Source of the DNA: Nemertoderma westbladi
Taxonomy: Eukaryota > Animalia > Xenacoelomorpha
Assembly (NCBI GenBank): GCA_032718475.1
Contig: JAUCBJ010007521.1
Span: 1 to 42,580, forward strand
Direction: 5' to 3'
DNA: 42,580 nucleotides
Of this stretch, positions 13,273 to 25,764 are shown piece after piece. The notes under the pieces were generated by a model that saw nothing but the letters and a program-made list of their open reading frames with translations, did no database searches and was not told the DNA's origin. How positions within the stretch are numbered: the first letter of the stretch is position 1; the number at the start of each line of letters is the position of its first letter. Both the position numbers and the translations under genes were made by a program.

Positions 13273-13486
13273 TGCACGAATAACTATCCTATATATTAGA
13301 AAATACAGGACTTTTATTGCGCCGAAGGGGGTAAGTCTACATACTAAATTTAATAAAAATAAGGGGTTTCAGGATTTAAACACTGTACCCCGAGAAACAC
13401 AGCTCCATCATCAGCAGACTTACCCCTTTCGGCGGACTAAAAGTACTGTATTTTCTAATATACAGTATAGGATAGTTATTCGTGCA
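13273..13486. mobile_element. Small palindromic MITE in CFAP57 intron 1
   Basis: About 65-bp inverted arms TGCACGAATAACTATCCTA...GGGGTAAGTCT. Confidence 0.75.
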
Positions 13487-14271
13487 ATTATCAAAAAAAT
13501 ATTTACTAGCTAAAAAAAAATACTATCTACGATAAAAATCACCAGCTAGGTCTACCAAGAGCAAGTACTCTGTCATCATATACATATATACATACTGTAT
13601 ACATACAGTATCATCATTATTAGTATAAAAATTTGTTATACAATGCATCAAAAACATTTAATGAAAATGTTAATACAGTACAAACGGAACTCTAGCCATT
13701 ATGTATGATGGATTTACTGGGAATTCGTCTGGGTCTAAAGTTCCCTGGTTTTTCTGAAACAGTGTGTCCCCAAAATAGTTGATTGACATTCATTGAGCTG
13801 GGAAGAATTGAAGTCCTTTTATCTACAATATCAGCCGAGGATTTTAAGATTTGTTGTAAAAATCATCCAACAACGCAGTTGGGGTACTCACAATAATTAG
13901 TTCCACCTTTTTGTGAAAATTATTAGCCTTCCTGCCAGAACATGAGTGGCAGATGATGATTCTCATGATTGTTATCCATACCCGCATGTATAGGTACAGT
14001 ATGTAGTAGGCGAATATATACTGTAGTTACGACTAAACAATGCCTATAGGGTTGAGTGAGTAGGTGATATCTTTTATACTGTACCTACCTACTGTACACC
14101 ATGTCCCAGAATATAGTGTCGTAATTCAGTGACACGGCCCTGAGATTCCATGAGATTGTATGAAATTTGAAACAGAGATAGTTTCACCTCCCGACCACTG
14201 ACTGGGTGAGCCAGAATTTTTATTTTTGCTTTCAATCTTTAGCTACAAGCGTTTAAAAAAGTTATCCAGCG

Positions 14272-14891
14272 ATATTACACCAGTTACAGCGCAGTTATTC
14301 TTCTACCTTATACAGTAGCTGTTTGTTGGTACCAATGGAAAACTGGTCATGCAAGGATTCCAAATATATAACACAAGTGATATTACACCAGTTACAGCGC
14401 AGTTATTCTTCTACCTTATAGCTGTTTGTTGGTACCAATAGAAAGCTGGTCATGCAAGGATTCCAAATATATAACACAATTTGAATTTGGTTGAAAAATT
14501 GCTGAGATATGAGCGTTCAAATGTTGCATGGTTTTGCACCGGCGCGAGGCTATTTTATTCTATTTAATAAATAAACCATATTCTGGAATATTTTTTAAAT
14601 GTATGAATAGCTAGCTACGTAATAGAATGATTAAAGATGTAATGCATTGTTGCCCAGCTACGTATTTGGATAAACAAAATATTCCAGAATATGATGCATT
14701 TTATTAAATCGAATAAAATAGCCTCGCGCCGGTGCATATCCGTGCAACATTTGAATGCCTATATCTCAGCTATTTTTCAACGAAATTCAAATTGTGTTAC
14801 ATATTTGGAATCCTTGCATGGCCAGCTTTCCAGTGGTACCAACAAACAGCTATAAGGTAGAAGAATAACTGCGGTGTAACTGGTGCAATAT
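14272..14891. mobile_element. Palindromic MITE (14380-14891, about 220-bp arms) with a tandem duplication of its left end (14272-14377)
   Basis: TATTACACCAGTTACA...GGATTCCAAATAT occurs twice on the left and once inverted at 14790-14891. Confidence 0.8.
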
Positions 14892-15036
14892 ATTATTTAT
14901 TGCATTATTTGTAATAATTTGCATTTTTGTATGGGGTGCACTTTACACTTCGATAAACATTGTGGACACTTAACACTTCCCATTCTGGAGTTTGTCATAT
15001 AAATTATTATATGCCTTCTTAATTATTGATTTTTAG

Positions 15037-15331
15037 ACATGTTGCAATATCACAGAAATGCCATGATTATTCTCGAATAGTTGTCTACGACATTCACAAA
15101 CATGGGAGAAAATGCAAGGTTCTAAATCAGGGAGACCATCCATCGATTGAATTTGTAAATTTATCTTTCAGTTCAGACTCAAAACGTTTAATAGCCCAGG
15201 CCGGTAATCCAGACTGGACCCTCTATTACTGGGTCTGGGAAAAAAATCGACTGCTAGCACTATTAACAACCACTGACAAGAATGCAGGCCCTGTTCACCA
15301 GTGTTCATGTACTCCAGGTGATAGTAACCAG
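15037..15331 (+). CDS. CFAP57: CFAP57 exon 2
   Basis: Acceptor TTTTAG|A (phase 2 restores AGA), ...FSSDSKRLIAQAGNPDWTLYYWVWEK..., donor CAG|GTGAGT phase 0. Confidence 0.9.
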
Positions 15332-15429
15332 GTGAGTTCCTTTCCTACTGTATATTAGGCCTATAGAGTAGTAAACAAACTTCGTTGGCATTCCTAGTAC
15401 AGTACTAAACACTGGTTGCTTATTATTAG

Positions 15430-15770
15430 TAATAATAATAATAAAGGTTACTTATATTTGTTGTTGCTGGCGCTGTTGAGGCTCACATAATTAAATTATA
15501 CCGGTAAACTTGGATTAAGAGTCTCAAACAGATGAGTTTTGAGCTGGTTTTTAAACGTTGAGTAACTTTTTGCAGCCAGTGAGTTGTTTGTTAGGGGAAC
15601 ATGTAAACAGATTGTTAAGTGCGACCTAAGCACCCGGGTTACCTCACGTTGCTAAACCTCACTTATTAAATAATTCGGAGCTGTACCATCAATACACTTT
15701 TTTTTTTACGAGACAAGCTATTCTAAAATCAACACGCTTCTCTATCGGCAGCCAGTACAGTACTGTAGCT
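15430..15770 (-). mobile_element. Degenerate L2/CR1-group LINE 3' fragment in CFAP57 intron 2
   Basis: Minus strand reads WLPIEKRVDFRI...IDGTAPNYL and STFKNQLKTHLF, typical L2 ORF2 C-terminal motifs; (TTA)n-like tail near 15430-15445. Confidence 0.75.
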
Positions 15771-15878
15771 ATTTTAATATTCTATTAGATGAAGTGTACA
15801 TATAAACACCATCAACTATATGATACCATACAGTATATTTAATGTTGCGGATTGACGTCGAGCGCGGCGTGAGCATAT

Positions 15879-16461
15879 TATGTTGATCCTCCAGGGGGCT
15901 GGACGGAAGAACTGGGGGTGAGGGTCTTGCCACGTATATAAATAAAAGAGTTTATGTCCGTATGCGCATTTCTCCAATTTCGGGGGTCTTCAGCGGAATA
16001 TATTATACATTTAAAAAAATCCAAATTAAATAAAATTCAAAGTAAATTTACAAATAAAACGATATGGGCAGAACGCGTAATTATAGTTAGAGTAGTATTA
16101 AATATTGATTTATAATTAAGTAATTTAAGCAGGATAAATAATTTATACAATCTATGGATGTTAATACATACAGTATAAACAATAATAGTTATTTATTATA
16201 ATATATGTACAAAACGAAGGAAATAAGAAAGTTGATATCAGGAAAAGCTTGACGGATGTAGCTTTGTTTAACAAACAATAGTGGTGATTGGAAGTCAGGG
16301 ACTGGTAGAAATTCCCTTAGTACCGGTAGGTCAAATTGGGCCCTATTTGGGGGGGGGGGGGGGGGGGGGGAATACGCATACGGACATAAACTCTTTTATT
16401 TATATACATGGCAAGACCCTCACCCCAGTTCTTCCCTCCAGCCCCCTGGAGGCTCAACATA
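15879..16461. mobile_element. MITE with about 90-bp terminal inverted repeats
   Basis: TATGTTGATCCTCCAGGGGGCTGGA...TTTATGTCCGTATGCG versus reverse complement at 16375-16461. Confidence 0.8.
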
Positions 16462-16708
16462 TAATAAATAATGATACCATGGACAATTACATGTATTACG
16501 AGTTACAGTAGTTTAGTTAGTTTGTTACTGTAGGCCTAGTGAGTAAGTGACTTACTTATTTTATTTTTAGTTAGTAATTAAATATGTATTACAGTATATT
16601 TAATAAATTAAACTACCTATTGCATATTAATTCCATAAAATATTACAATTTATGTAGAACATTTACTACTGTTATGTTTTTCAATATTTACTTGTATTTT
16701 TGTTGCAG

Positions 16709-19700
16709 GTGTGCATCGTAGGTTGGGGTTTTATAAAACTATATCGTTTTAAAGAAGGACTACTTAAACAAATTTCATTCCCAAAGCATGATTCATTGCA
16801 TTTCACATATCACATCTGGTTGTCCGAGGTACTAGTTGCCGTAGGAACTGATAAAGGAAGAGTACTTATCTTCGATAACTCTGACCTCCGTCATGTCATT
16901 GACATATCAAACCCCGAAATGGAATCGCCTGGTAAAGTCCGAAGGTCAATGATTCCCGGAATACAATCTAGCTCAGCTGTCACATTGAACAAGCAATCCA
17001 ATTCCCGAATCCACTGCATGGTCACCATGACTAAAGGATTTATATGTTCATCTGGCCAGGGGCTTGTCCATATAATGGAACGAACTGATAATGGCACATA
17101 TCAAAGGGTAAAAGAGGTTAATGTTCTTGTTGATGCATCTGTAATGGCTGATACAACTAAGGTTTCTGCGCAAGAAGTGAGATGTTTATCACTGAGTCCA
17201 ACGAATGAGACCCTCATCGGTTCTACCAACTCCCACCAATTGGTCACCCACTGCTTAGTCACTACAGTAGTTGGTGTTAATGTTGATTCTTATTTCTCCA
17301 AGTTTGATCCACTCACTCAAAGCTTCCATTGTGGCAGCATCACCGGCATGAGCATTTGTTATCGCAAACCTTATATAGCAACATGCTCCTTGGATAAGTC
17401 AATTCGTATCTGGAATTTTGAAACAAATATCCTTGAAATATATAGAATTTACCAAGAAGAGGTTTTGAGTGTATCCTTACATCCATCTGGTCTCTTTCTC
17501 CTTGCTGGATTTTCCGATAAGGTCCGTATGATGAATATTCTTATTGATGATCTTAGAATTTGTGCGGAATTTTCTATTCGTGGCTGTCTGGAATGTTCAT
17601 TCAGTAATGGTGGCCATATGTTTGCAGCAGCGCAGGCAAACTTAATTTATGTTTATTCATCAGTGACTTTCGATAACATTCTAAGCCTAAAAGGGCACAT
17701 TGGAAAGGTCAGAACCATTGTTTGGTCAGATGATGATAATTGCATAATATCCTGTGGCATGGATGGGGCAGTATATGAATGGGATGCATCTTCTGGTAAC
17801 CGCATCTGCGAGTCAGTTCTTAAAAGTTGCATTTACAATGATGTTTGTTGTGGAACCCCAGATGGTAAAGTAACATATGCTGTAGGCTCAGATAATACAT
17901 TGAGGCAGATTTGTGATTCCTCTGTGGTATACGAGGCTGCTATGGGGCCGACAACCTTGACCCAAGTTGCACTCAGCCATATTCCCCGCAGCAAACAACA
18001 CCTCGAGACCACACGTATGATGTTTGCTGCAACAGCAAATGGATCATTGCGATGCTTGAGTTTTCCATTGACTTCAACCTGCGAGTGGACTGATTATGGA
18101 GCCCATCAAGGACCGATATCGCGTATGAGAATTGCTTGGGATGACCAATTTATTATTACAGCAGGCGAAGACGGATGCGTTATAATTTGGAAGGTCACAG
18201 ATAAAGATGGAATCTCTATAAAACGAGACTTAGGCATTGAATATGCTGAAGAAATCCTCATCACAAAAATAGAATTGGAGGATAAGAATATGTGTATGAA
18301 TGAACTATCAACCCGCTGTGAAGAACTGAAAACGGAAAATGAGTATCAACTTAAGTTGAAAGATATGAATTATGATGAGAAAACAATGGACCTTACCCAT
18401 AAATTTATAAACAAAGCAGAGGCTTTAAAAGCAGAAATTAATGCCATGGAAAGAAGACAATTACTGAGTGATGAAAAACATTCCAAACAAATTGCGGAAT
18501 TGAATGAAAAGCAAGGTAAAGAAATGGAGGAATTAGAAGCAAGAACCACCGACAAACTGATGCAAGAATATGAAAAGTACCAAATATTATATGTCAAAAA
18601 TGAAAAAATGCAACAAGACAATGAAAAAAGAATGGCCGAAATGGAACAAACGAAAGAGATTTCTCTTGCAGAATTAACACAATACTATGAGACGAAGCTT
18701 CAAGATAAAATATCACAGCTAGAAGTAGCAGGTGATGAGTCAAGACAAATGCTGAGAGAATACGAAGAAGCTAAAAAACAAGTTGAGCAAGATGCAGACA
18801 GAGAAATTCTGAACATTAAAACTTTGTATGAAAAGAAGCTCCATGTCGAAAAAGATGCCAATCGCAAGCTGAAAGGTGAGACAGGTATTTTGAGGAAAAA
18901 ATTTACAAGTTTACAAAAGGAAATCGAAGAACATAAATTGGAGATCGCTCGCCTCAAAGGTGAGGTGACTAAGCTTAACAGCAATATAAAGATACTAGAT
19001 AAGGACGTTGTAGGACTCAAGAGAGAGATTGAAGAACGAGATGAAACAATCCAGGATAAAGAAAATAGAATATACGATCTCAAAAAGAAAAATCAAGGAT
19101 TGGAGAAGTTTAAGTTTGTTTTAGATTACAAAATCAAAGAATTGATGAAACAAATAGAACCTCGTGAAAATGATATCAAGTCGAAAAAAGAACAAATAAA
19201 TGAAATGGAGAAAGAACTACACAAGTCCACCAATGAGAATACTGCTTTAAAGTTGAAAAATGCAGATTTGAATCTGAAACTGAAAGCCAACGACAATGAA
19301 ATGAGTATAGAAAGACGCCAGTTTCGCCAAATGGAGGTATTAATTGGTCGAATGCAGAAAGATATTCATGATGCGGTTGGGGTCATACAGAATCCAAAGT
19401 CGGTGAAGCAGTTAGTGAGAGCTATGTTCGAAAAATATGGCAAGGATGCAATGCCGAGAGAAGAAATTGAACCCGAAATACAAAATGAATTCTCCCGACA
19501 GCGGGATCATTTGGAGAAATCCATTGTAACGCTGAAAATGAAATCCACAAAAGACACACAGAGTCAGAAAGCTGACAAAGTTCGCATAATGCAGGACAAT
19601 GTTGCACTTATTGGTGAGATAAACGACCTCCGTACTGACTTGAAGATCACTCGCGTCCGCATCAGGGAGCTGGAAGCCGAGTTGACGTACAAAGGATGTA

Positions 19701-19717
19701 AAATCCCTAATAAATAA
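16709..19717 (+). CDS. CFAP57: CFAP57 exon 3 (WD40 repeats plus long coiled coil); spliced CDS 3504 nt, 1167 aa
   Basis: Acceptor TTGCAG|GTG phase 0; SFHCGSITGMSICYRKPYIATCSLDKSIRIWN, LKGHIGKVRTIVW, EEILIT, LEKFKFVLDYKIKEL..QIEPRE are conserved CFAP57 motifs. Confidence 0.95.
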   Translation: MCIVGWGFIKLYRFKEGLLKQISFPKHDSLHFTYHIWLSEVLVAVGTDKGRVLIFDNSDLRHVIDISNPEMESPGKVRRSMIPGIQSSSAVTLNKQSNSRIHCMVTMTKGFICSSGQGLVHIMERTDNGTYQRVKEVNVLVDASVMADTTKVSAQEVRCLSLSPTNETLIGSTNSHQLVTHCLVTTVVGVNVDSYFSKFDPLTQSFHCGSITGMSICYRKPYIATCSLDKSIRIWNFETNILEIYRIYQEEVLSVSLHPSGLFLLAGFSDKVRMMNILIDDLRICAEFSIRGCLECSFSNGGHMFAAAQANLIYVYSSVTFDNILSLKGHIGKVRTIVWSDDDNCIISCGMDGAVYEWDASSGNRICESVLKSCIYNDVCCGTPDGKVTYAVGSDNTLRQICDSSVVYEAAMGPTTLTQVALSHIPRSKQHLETTRMMFAATANGSLRCLSFPLTSTCEWTDYGAHQGPISRMRIAWDDQFIITAGEDGCVIIWKVTDKDGISIKRDLGIEYAEEILITKIELEDKNMCMNELSTRCEELKTENEYQLKLKDMNYDEKTMDLTHKFINKAEALKAEINAMERRQLLSDEKHSKQIAELNEKQGKEMEELEARTTDKLMQEYEKYQILYVKNEKMQQDNEKRMAEMEQTKEISLAELTQYYETKLQDKISQLEVAGDESRQMLREYEEAKKQVEQDADREILNIKTLYEKKLHVEKDANRKLKGETGILRKKFTSLQKEIEEHKLEIARLKGEVTKLNSNIKILDKDVVGLKREIEERDETIQDKENRIYDLKKKNQGLEKFKFVLDYKIKELMKQIEPRENDIKSKKEQINEMEKELHKSTNENTALKLKNADLNLKLKANDNEMSIERRQFRQMEVLIGRMQKDIHDAVGVIQNPKSVKQLVRAMFEKYGKDAMPREEIEPEIQNEFSRQRDHLEKSIVTLKMKSTKDTQSQKADKVRIMQDNVALIGEINDLRTDLKITRVRIRELEAELTYKGCKIPNK

Positions 19718-22551
19718 TCCCAATAACGTTTAGTGGACCCATCGTCGACGGGTTAATGTAACATGCTGAATAATTATTGCAGAAAAATATATATTTTATT
19801 GGTTGTAATATATATTATTCAAGAGATTTACAAACAATTACAAGAGTACACCAAATTTAATTTTAAAGCCTTTTCCAGTAGCCTACAGTAGGTACCGGTA
19901 CCAGTAGGTATGTGTAAACACCAAAATAGACTAAAAAGTAAATGTTATGAATACTTATAATAAAACTTATACATTTAGATTTCAGACAGCCAGTGATCAG
20001 CTGATGGTACCTGCGATCAGCTGACGGCAGTCAGCCAATCGCTAGATTGGCGGTTGGCACTGCATCTTAAGGTTTTCTCAAGGACCCCGGAATTAAATGT
20101 CAATAAAGACCACATGGAGAAAGAAAATGGTACTGAAACTTAGAAAACTCATATCAACCTATCTATCGTTAGATATCAACCGCGAAGCATTACTATTTAT
20201 TTTCATTACTTTCAATGAGACTTTAATTTAGTATAATTTAGTTATATTATATTATATTATTCAGATGTAGGAGACATCTCGGGCACAAAGCAAATTAAAA
20301 CAATGATATAAAATATCTATTTAAAATACACGACACAGATTTCTGATTGGCTTACATGTGACCTAGTTAGTTATTACGTTGTCCTGGGCCGGCTTTTTCC
20401 TCTCGACGGCCCTGGCCACACCACGCCAATGCAATTACCCGAATGAAAACGGATGGAAGTAATAATGTAGATTCGAATAACAACGAGTTTTTGTGGGACG
20501 AGCGGATCCGGACTCTGACACTGTTACGCATTCACTGTTACTGTTAGGGAACTGACACTGTTACGGGGGTGGGTCAATAAAGGCAAATAGTTGTTGTTGG
20601 CGTTGTTGTCGTCGTTGTCTGCGTTACCGTTTTGACAGGCTAAAACTTTGTGTCGGATTTAAGACACAAAGATACCCCTCCGTGATCCCCAACTGCCAGG
20701 TGAATGAACCTTACCAGTATTAATATACCTAGTCTAGTACTGTACATCGGAATCTACCTACAGTCACCCAAACACTTTTTATGACCGTTGGTAATACCAT
20801 CATCCTGTAAATGGATGTTATGTAGATTTGATAAATTCACTAATTCACAATACAGTAGGCTATCTACTGTAAAATTCGCCCGTGCAATGCAAAATAAGAT
20901 AAGATAAAATAAAGAAAAAGAAAAAAAAGGATAAAATACGATAAGCTCTCGGTGCTATGGTAAATTATCCAACACTATATAAAACTCAACGTTGAATCTA
21001 TGGGGAAACTTGTTATCGCTGTAACCATGAAAAACTGTTTATGGTTGCTAGGCCTACAGTATTGTATTACAGCAGTAAGTAGACTTAATTAAATTTTTTA
21101 ATTTTTACCATATTAGATACTGTTGGCCTAATGTAGAACGTCCACATCAACCATATTTTTGGAGCGACCTGACTAGAGAGGCCCCATGTGGTATTTCTGG
21201 GATACTGAATCGAATGGAAGTTGCCAAAACATGAACTAAATAAGGGATGTTCGACTTCTGTGGGCCCAAATTTGATGCGGCACTGAAAATATAAAGTTTG
21301 AAAAATTAATTATCAAAAACTGCTTTGGAAACCGCGAAAGCGGAAGAAAAATAAGATCATCACATCATTCGACCCCGAATGCATGCTCCGAAGAATGGCT
21401 TTAATCTGTTTATTCCCTACAACGCTATAAGTATTGAGTAAAGGTTTTTTTGAGTGGTACTCAATTTCTACAAAATGTATTTAAATCTTCGAAGTTATGT
21501 AAAACCACCCCTACAATTCCACATTGGGTCAATGCTTTACTTGGCAATTAATGGCCACGCAGTGGGTCGACCGGAGAAACTGGCGACTTCTCTCTTACTT
21601 AACCATTATGATCCATAGTTTGTTCGTAGGGCCATCCTTGTTATTAAGCTCATGCCATGTTCCACTGTTCCATCCTGTGCGGAAACTTTCAGTTTGAAAT
21701 GTATACAATGTGAAACATTTAGTTTGAAATGTTTTCGGATGCTTGAATGAGGTTGGCTGTGCCATTAACTTATCTCAGAATGCGACTCATTAAAACAAGT
21801 ATGACAAATATAAGTAATAGTAAAACAAGTATAAATGAGACAATTATATGTCAGGGAGTCACATTTAAATTTATGGTTTACGATTAATTTTCAGGATTGT
21901 TACTTAATCTATTTAATTAGTGAAGAAACAGTTTCATTGATATGCTTTTCACAAAGTGGTGAGGAATATTGTGTAGGCAATAACAAAATAATTGCATAAA
22001 GTTCCTTAAATATAAGATAAAATAATAATATAAAGTACCTACCGCACCGGTTATAATAATATAAAGTAATCATATAACATATAACGCCACCAATACAGTA
22101 CCATATGTCGCCAAACCCGAGATCCAGCATCCATCCGATGTCATCATATACACCAATGCCGCGCCTTGTCGTATTAATTGGTTAATTATAGTAATTAAAC
22201 TTATTTTTATTAAGTATTTATTTCAATCCGAGCCATTTGAAATGTCTAAATATCAGTACAAACATACTAAATTACAAAATATAGTTTACTGAGGTATATT
22301 TCAACTAATAACATACAAACATTATCTGACTACCCATAATAAGCTTTGAATTACCTATATATCCTATTGAATTTAATTTAATTACGTCTGGTATGGATGG
22401 CACAGTAAAATATATGAACAATAAAACAATATATAAATGAAATTCAAATTCATAATATAAATAAATTAATTAATTAAAATGGTATGAGTCTAGCATATTA
22501 TTCAGTCTGAGGCGGCCCACACTCTGATTGGCTGTGCGTTTTGTGGGCAGT

Positions 22552-23029
22552 TTAGTAGGTGGTACAAGGGGCAACGTTATCACAAAGATTACAGCGGCAC
22601 GATGCACAAGGGGAGTGAAAGCCCTGAGTTTTGCAGATTTTATGGTGAAAACCGTGTATAGACACTCTCGTAGTTACGTGACGCAATTTATTCATAGCAA
22701 CGGTCCACCCTCGCGACTGGAAGGCTGGTGAAGTCCAGAAGTCATGAGGGATGTCGTCGATTTTTGTTGCGACTTCAGCACGGTATTGGCGCAGTGCGTC
22801 GGTGTCAGGGAGATGGAACTGTGTTGCAATATCTTCTACAAGGTAATTATCTCTTGCACATTGCAAAAACAAGACGATTTAAAGTGTTTTTATGGACACC
22901 AAGTGTCTTTTTAAGAAATGACGCCTTAACGCGGTCCAAACTGTGCAAGTTTGCGGTAGATAGATATTCCCAAAATTCAGTGATGTTGTATGTCAAGATG
23001 GGCATTATTTTAATACGAAAAATCGACAC
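22552..23029 (-). mobile_element. Frameshifted non-LTR retrotransposon ORF2 C-terminal fragment
   Basis: IMPILTY..EFW...LDRVKASFLKKTLGVHKNTLN resembles the post-RT region, followed after a frameshift near 22850 by a Cys/His-rich tail (HKIC...CASCRCNLC). Confidence 0.6.
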
Positions 23030-23504
23030 TGCTGTCTATATATATCCTATTGTACAGTTTCAGCCTACGCCATTTTTGCCTAAATCTCGGATGCATGGCC
23101 TATATGCATGGCCTATCTTCCTTGCACCAAACCAATACCCCCAGATCCCACCACACTCCGAGAAAGCCCCACGCGTGACGGCACACCTAAAAAACATTTC
23201 AAAGTGATCCGCGCATTTTGATGTATGTTTTTCCTATTGCCAGTATACTCTTAGGCCTATATACAGCATCTGTAAAACTAAGAATAATTTTAATTTAAAG
23301 GGAAGTTAAGTCGCACTTAAATAATTCGGTTATAATCATTTTTTTAATAAATAAGTTTTTACATATTTTGTGTTTCGTAATGTTTCTGTTAAATAATAAT
23401 CGTAAACTATAAATAAATAATTATTAAATAAAAATAAAATGTTTGAAAATAATTGACTGTGCCATATTTACCCTAATAATAATAATAAATGATTATTATT
23501 AATT

Positions 23505-23741
23505 GGACGCAAATAATAGCTGATTAGGGGCCGGCCTACTCTCAAAAATAAAACTGTAACCTGTTATATTGTGTTTATTAGTTTATTGTTATGGTTAAAA
23601 TAACGTCAACGTGCCACTGTAACCTGCTCCTTTCCCTAAATTAAGAATTTAACATTGAGGCGGGATATTAATTCGCCAAGGCGGGTTTTGCGTCCAGCTT
23701 CCCCACCCCCCCCCCCCCCCCCCCCCCTGTCTCTGCTACTG
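23505..23741 (-). repeat. Dispersed repeat, probable hAT-type MITE end (copy 1)
   Basis: Reverse-complement match to 29976-30188; minus-strand start CAGTAGCAGAGACAG followed by poly-G. Confidence 0.6.
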
Positions 23742-23828
23742 CTTCGCACGGGAACTGTGGAAAATACGTCTCATACGTACACATGTTTACGCGTTAAGTA
23801 CAAACCCTATAAAAATACTGAAATATAG

Positions 23829-25480
23829 GGGTATATCTTTTGCGTAGAGGTATAGCCTACATAGAGGCTTCATGTAGGTATGTGTAGCCTACATGTAGAT
23901 GCACGTGTAGGGTGAATGTAGGTAGGTGTAGTCCCATAGATATTAATGTAATTTATGTGTCAACTTGCAGTAACGTGATACACGGTCGTCAATCAGGATG
24001 TATGGCAATAATCTCTGATCTCCACGGTACAATACGGTACATCAACCTGCAGACCTGTCTGCTGTCAGACAACAGGTTTTACTGCATACTGCAGTACTGT
24101 ATAAATATCAAACATCGCGTTCTGATTATACTAAAGTCCCTTACTCGTCATAAATATTATGCCCTAATAAATTTGAGTATGCTAACGCCACGAAAGGCAT
24201 CGTTCCATTAGATTAACTCGTTCTGATTTATATGTTTATTAAGTAAGAGTAACCTAAACAAGAACAGCCATCATCGCGGGGACTATAGTCTACCAGAAAC
24301 CCTGACCCCCCTCTGCCCCTCTTTATCTGTTTATCAACCATACATCCATGGGACTTGAACAGTACTTCAGCATTGAAATGTTTTGGACGTTTTGTTTTGA
24401 AAGTAAAAATATAGAAGTCTGGAAGTTTTGTTTGTTTTAATTTTTCAGGCAGTCACATTCCACCAACCAGCAACAGTCCCATCCCTTCCCACTATCCCGC
24501 GGACCACCACACTGTTTCATTATAAAGTATTCCCATCTCGATGATGGGAATTAATCAGTAATCCGATGGGATTCAAATCCCATCTCGAAGTAACAGCAAA
24601 ACAATAACACGAAAGTCAATAGCTTTACAGTTATATTTGATTGCATTGAAAGTTAATAGAAAGAAGAAGTTAAATTGCATATCCATTAAAATATCATGAA
24701 ATTGATACGGCAGTTTAGTAGATTAAAACGGCCACAGCAAGATTTATAAAATGAAAAATAAGTAAAATCAGCACAGCACACAATATTATCAATATAGACA
24801 TTGAAGACAATTTAATAAACAAATACTATAAAAAAATATCTACTAACAATCAATACATGATATATATAATATATATACATCAGCGACTACCATCGCCACT
24901 CTGGTTCAATCAGTCAGTCCGGTATCATTGTTAGCGTTTTGTTGAATTACCCACTCATCCTCAGACCCTCATGGACACCGACGACGAGCTCTAACCCTAA
25001 CCGTTAGTCGATTCCTCCTTGACTGGAAACATCAGGTTCGGGCCGTTCGGCCCATACAAAGTCATTAGCCTCCATGCCTGAACCCGCAGGATCATAAGAT
25101 CTACAGTATGTATCGGTATATCGTTCAGTCGTTTTTTCCTTTGTCAGTACTGTAGTATTGATAGGCTCCGTCTCGTGGGTATTCAGGGGACCCCCATTCG
25201 ACGTATTCGCATCTCCTCCTGGTTGTTTCGGGTACCACCGCCCGCCATATGCGCATCTCTTCGTGGTTGTTCCGGGTACCACCCCCGTTCGCCGCATTCG
25301 CATCTCATCGAGGAAGTTCGGGTCCGGGTACCCCGTGTAGGCCTATTCATTCATCATTGTTGTTTTTAAAGACCTACCTACACCTACCTACATTCACCCT
25401 ACACGTGCATCTACATGTAGGCTACACATACCTACATGTAGCCTCTATGTAGGCTATACCTCTACGCAAAAGATATACCC
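23829..25480. mobile_element. Non-autonomous Mutator-like element (MULE), 1652 bp
   Basis: Near-perfect TIRs of about 100 bp starting GGGTATATCTTTTGCGTAGAGG and ending ...AAAAGATATACCC; 9-bp TSD GAAATATAG at 23820-23828 and 25481-25489. Confidence 0.9.
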
Positions 25481-25764
25481 GAAATATAGTGCTAGTATGG
25501 TAGTGGTAGTACTACAGTAAAGTAATAAGTAGTAAACGTATAAAGACTGAAAGAAGTAACGGTTGTCTGTCGACTCAACAGACTGTTAGATCAGCATATT
25601 TCAGTATTTGTTATACACCGTTTACCGTTCAGCCGTTATATTATAACTGTATTACTGTTACTGTATACCGGTAATACTAACTCATACTAATATACAGACT
25701 GACAGGTAATACTAGTCATCCAATTACAGATAGCCTATTATTATTACTATTATTCATACGTATT

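Noticed and set aside
16891-19723. Antisense ORFs within CFAP57 (also within CLP1, MRPL23, RPP38 and PolB)
   Set aside because: Shadow frames of real coding sequence.
21140-21790. Coding-like composition between CFAP57 and the LINE fragment
   Set aside because: No sustained frame or recognisable motif by eye.
24991-25002. Telomere-like CTAACCCTAACC
   Set aside because: Only two units; chance level.
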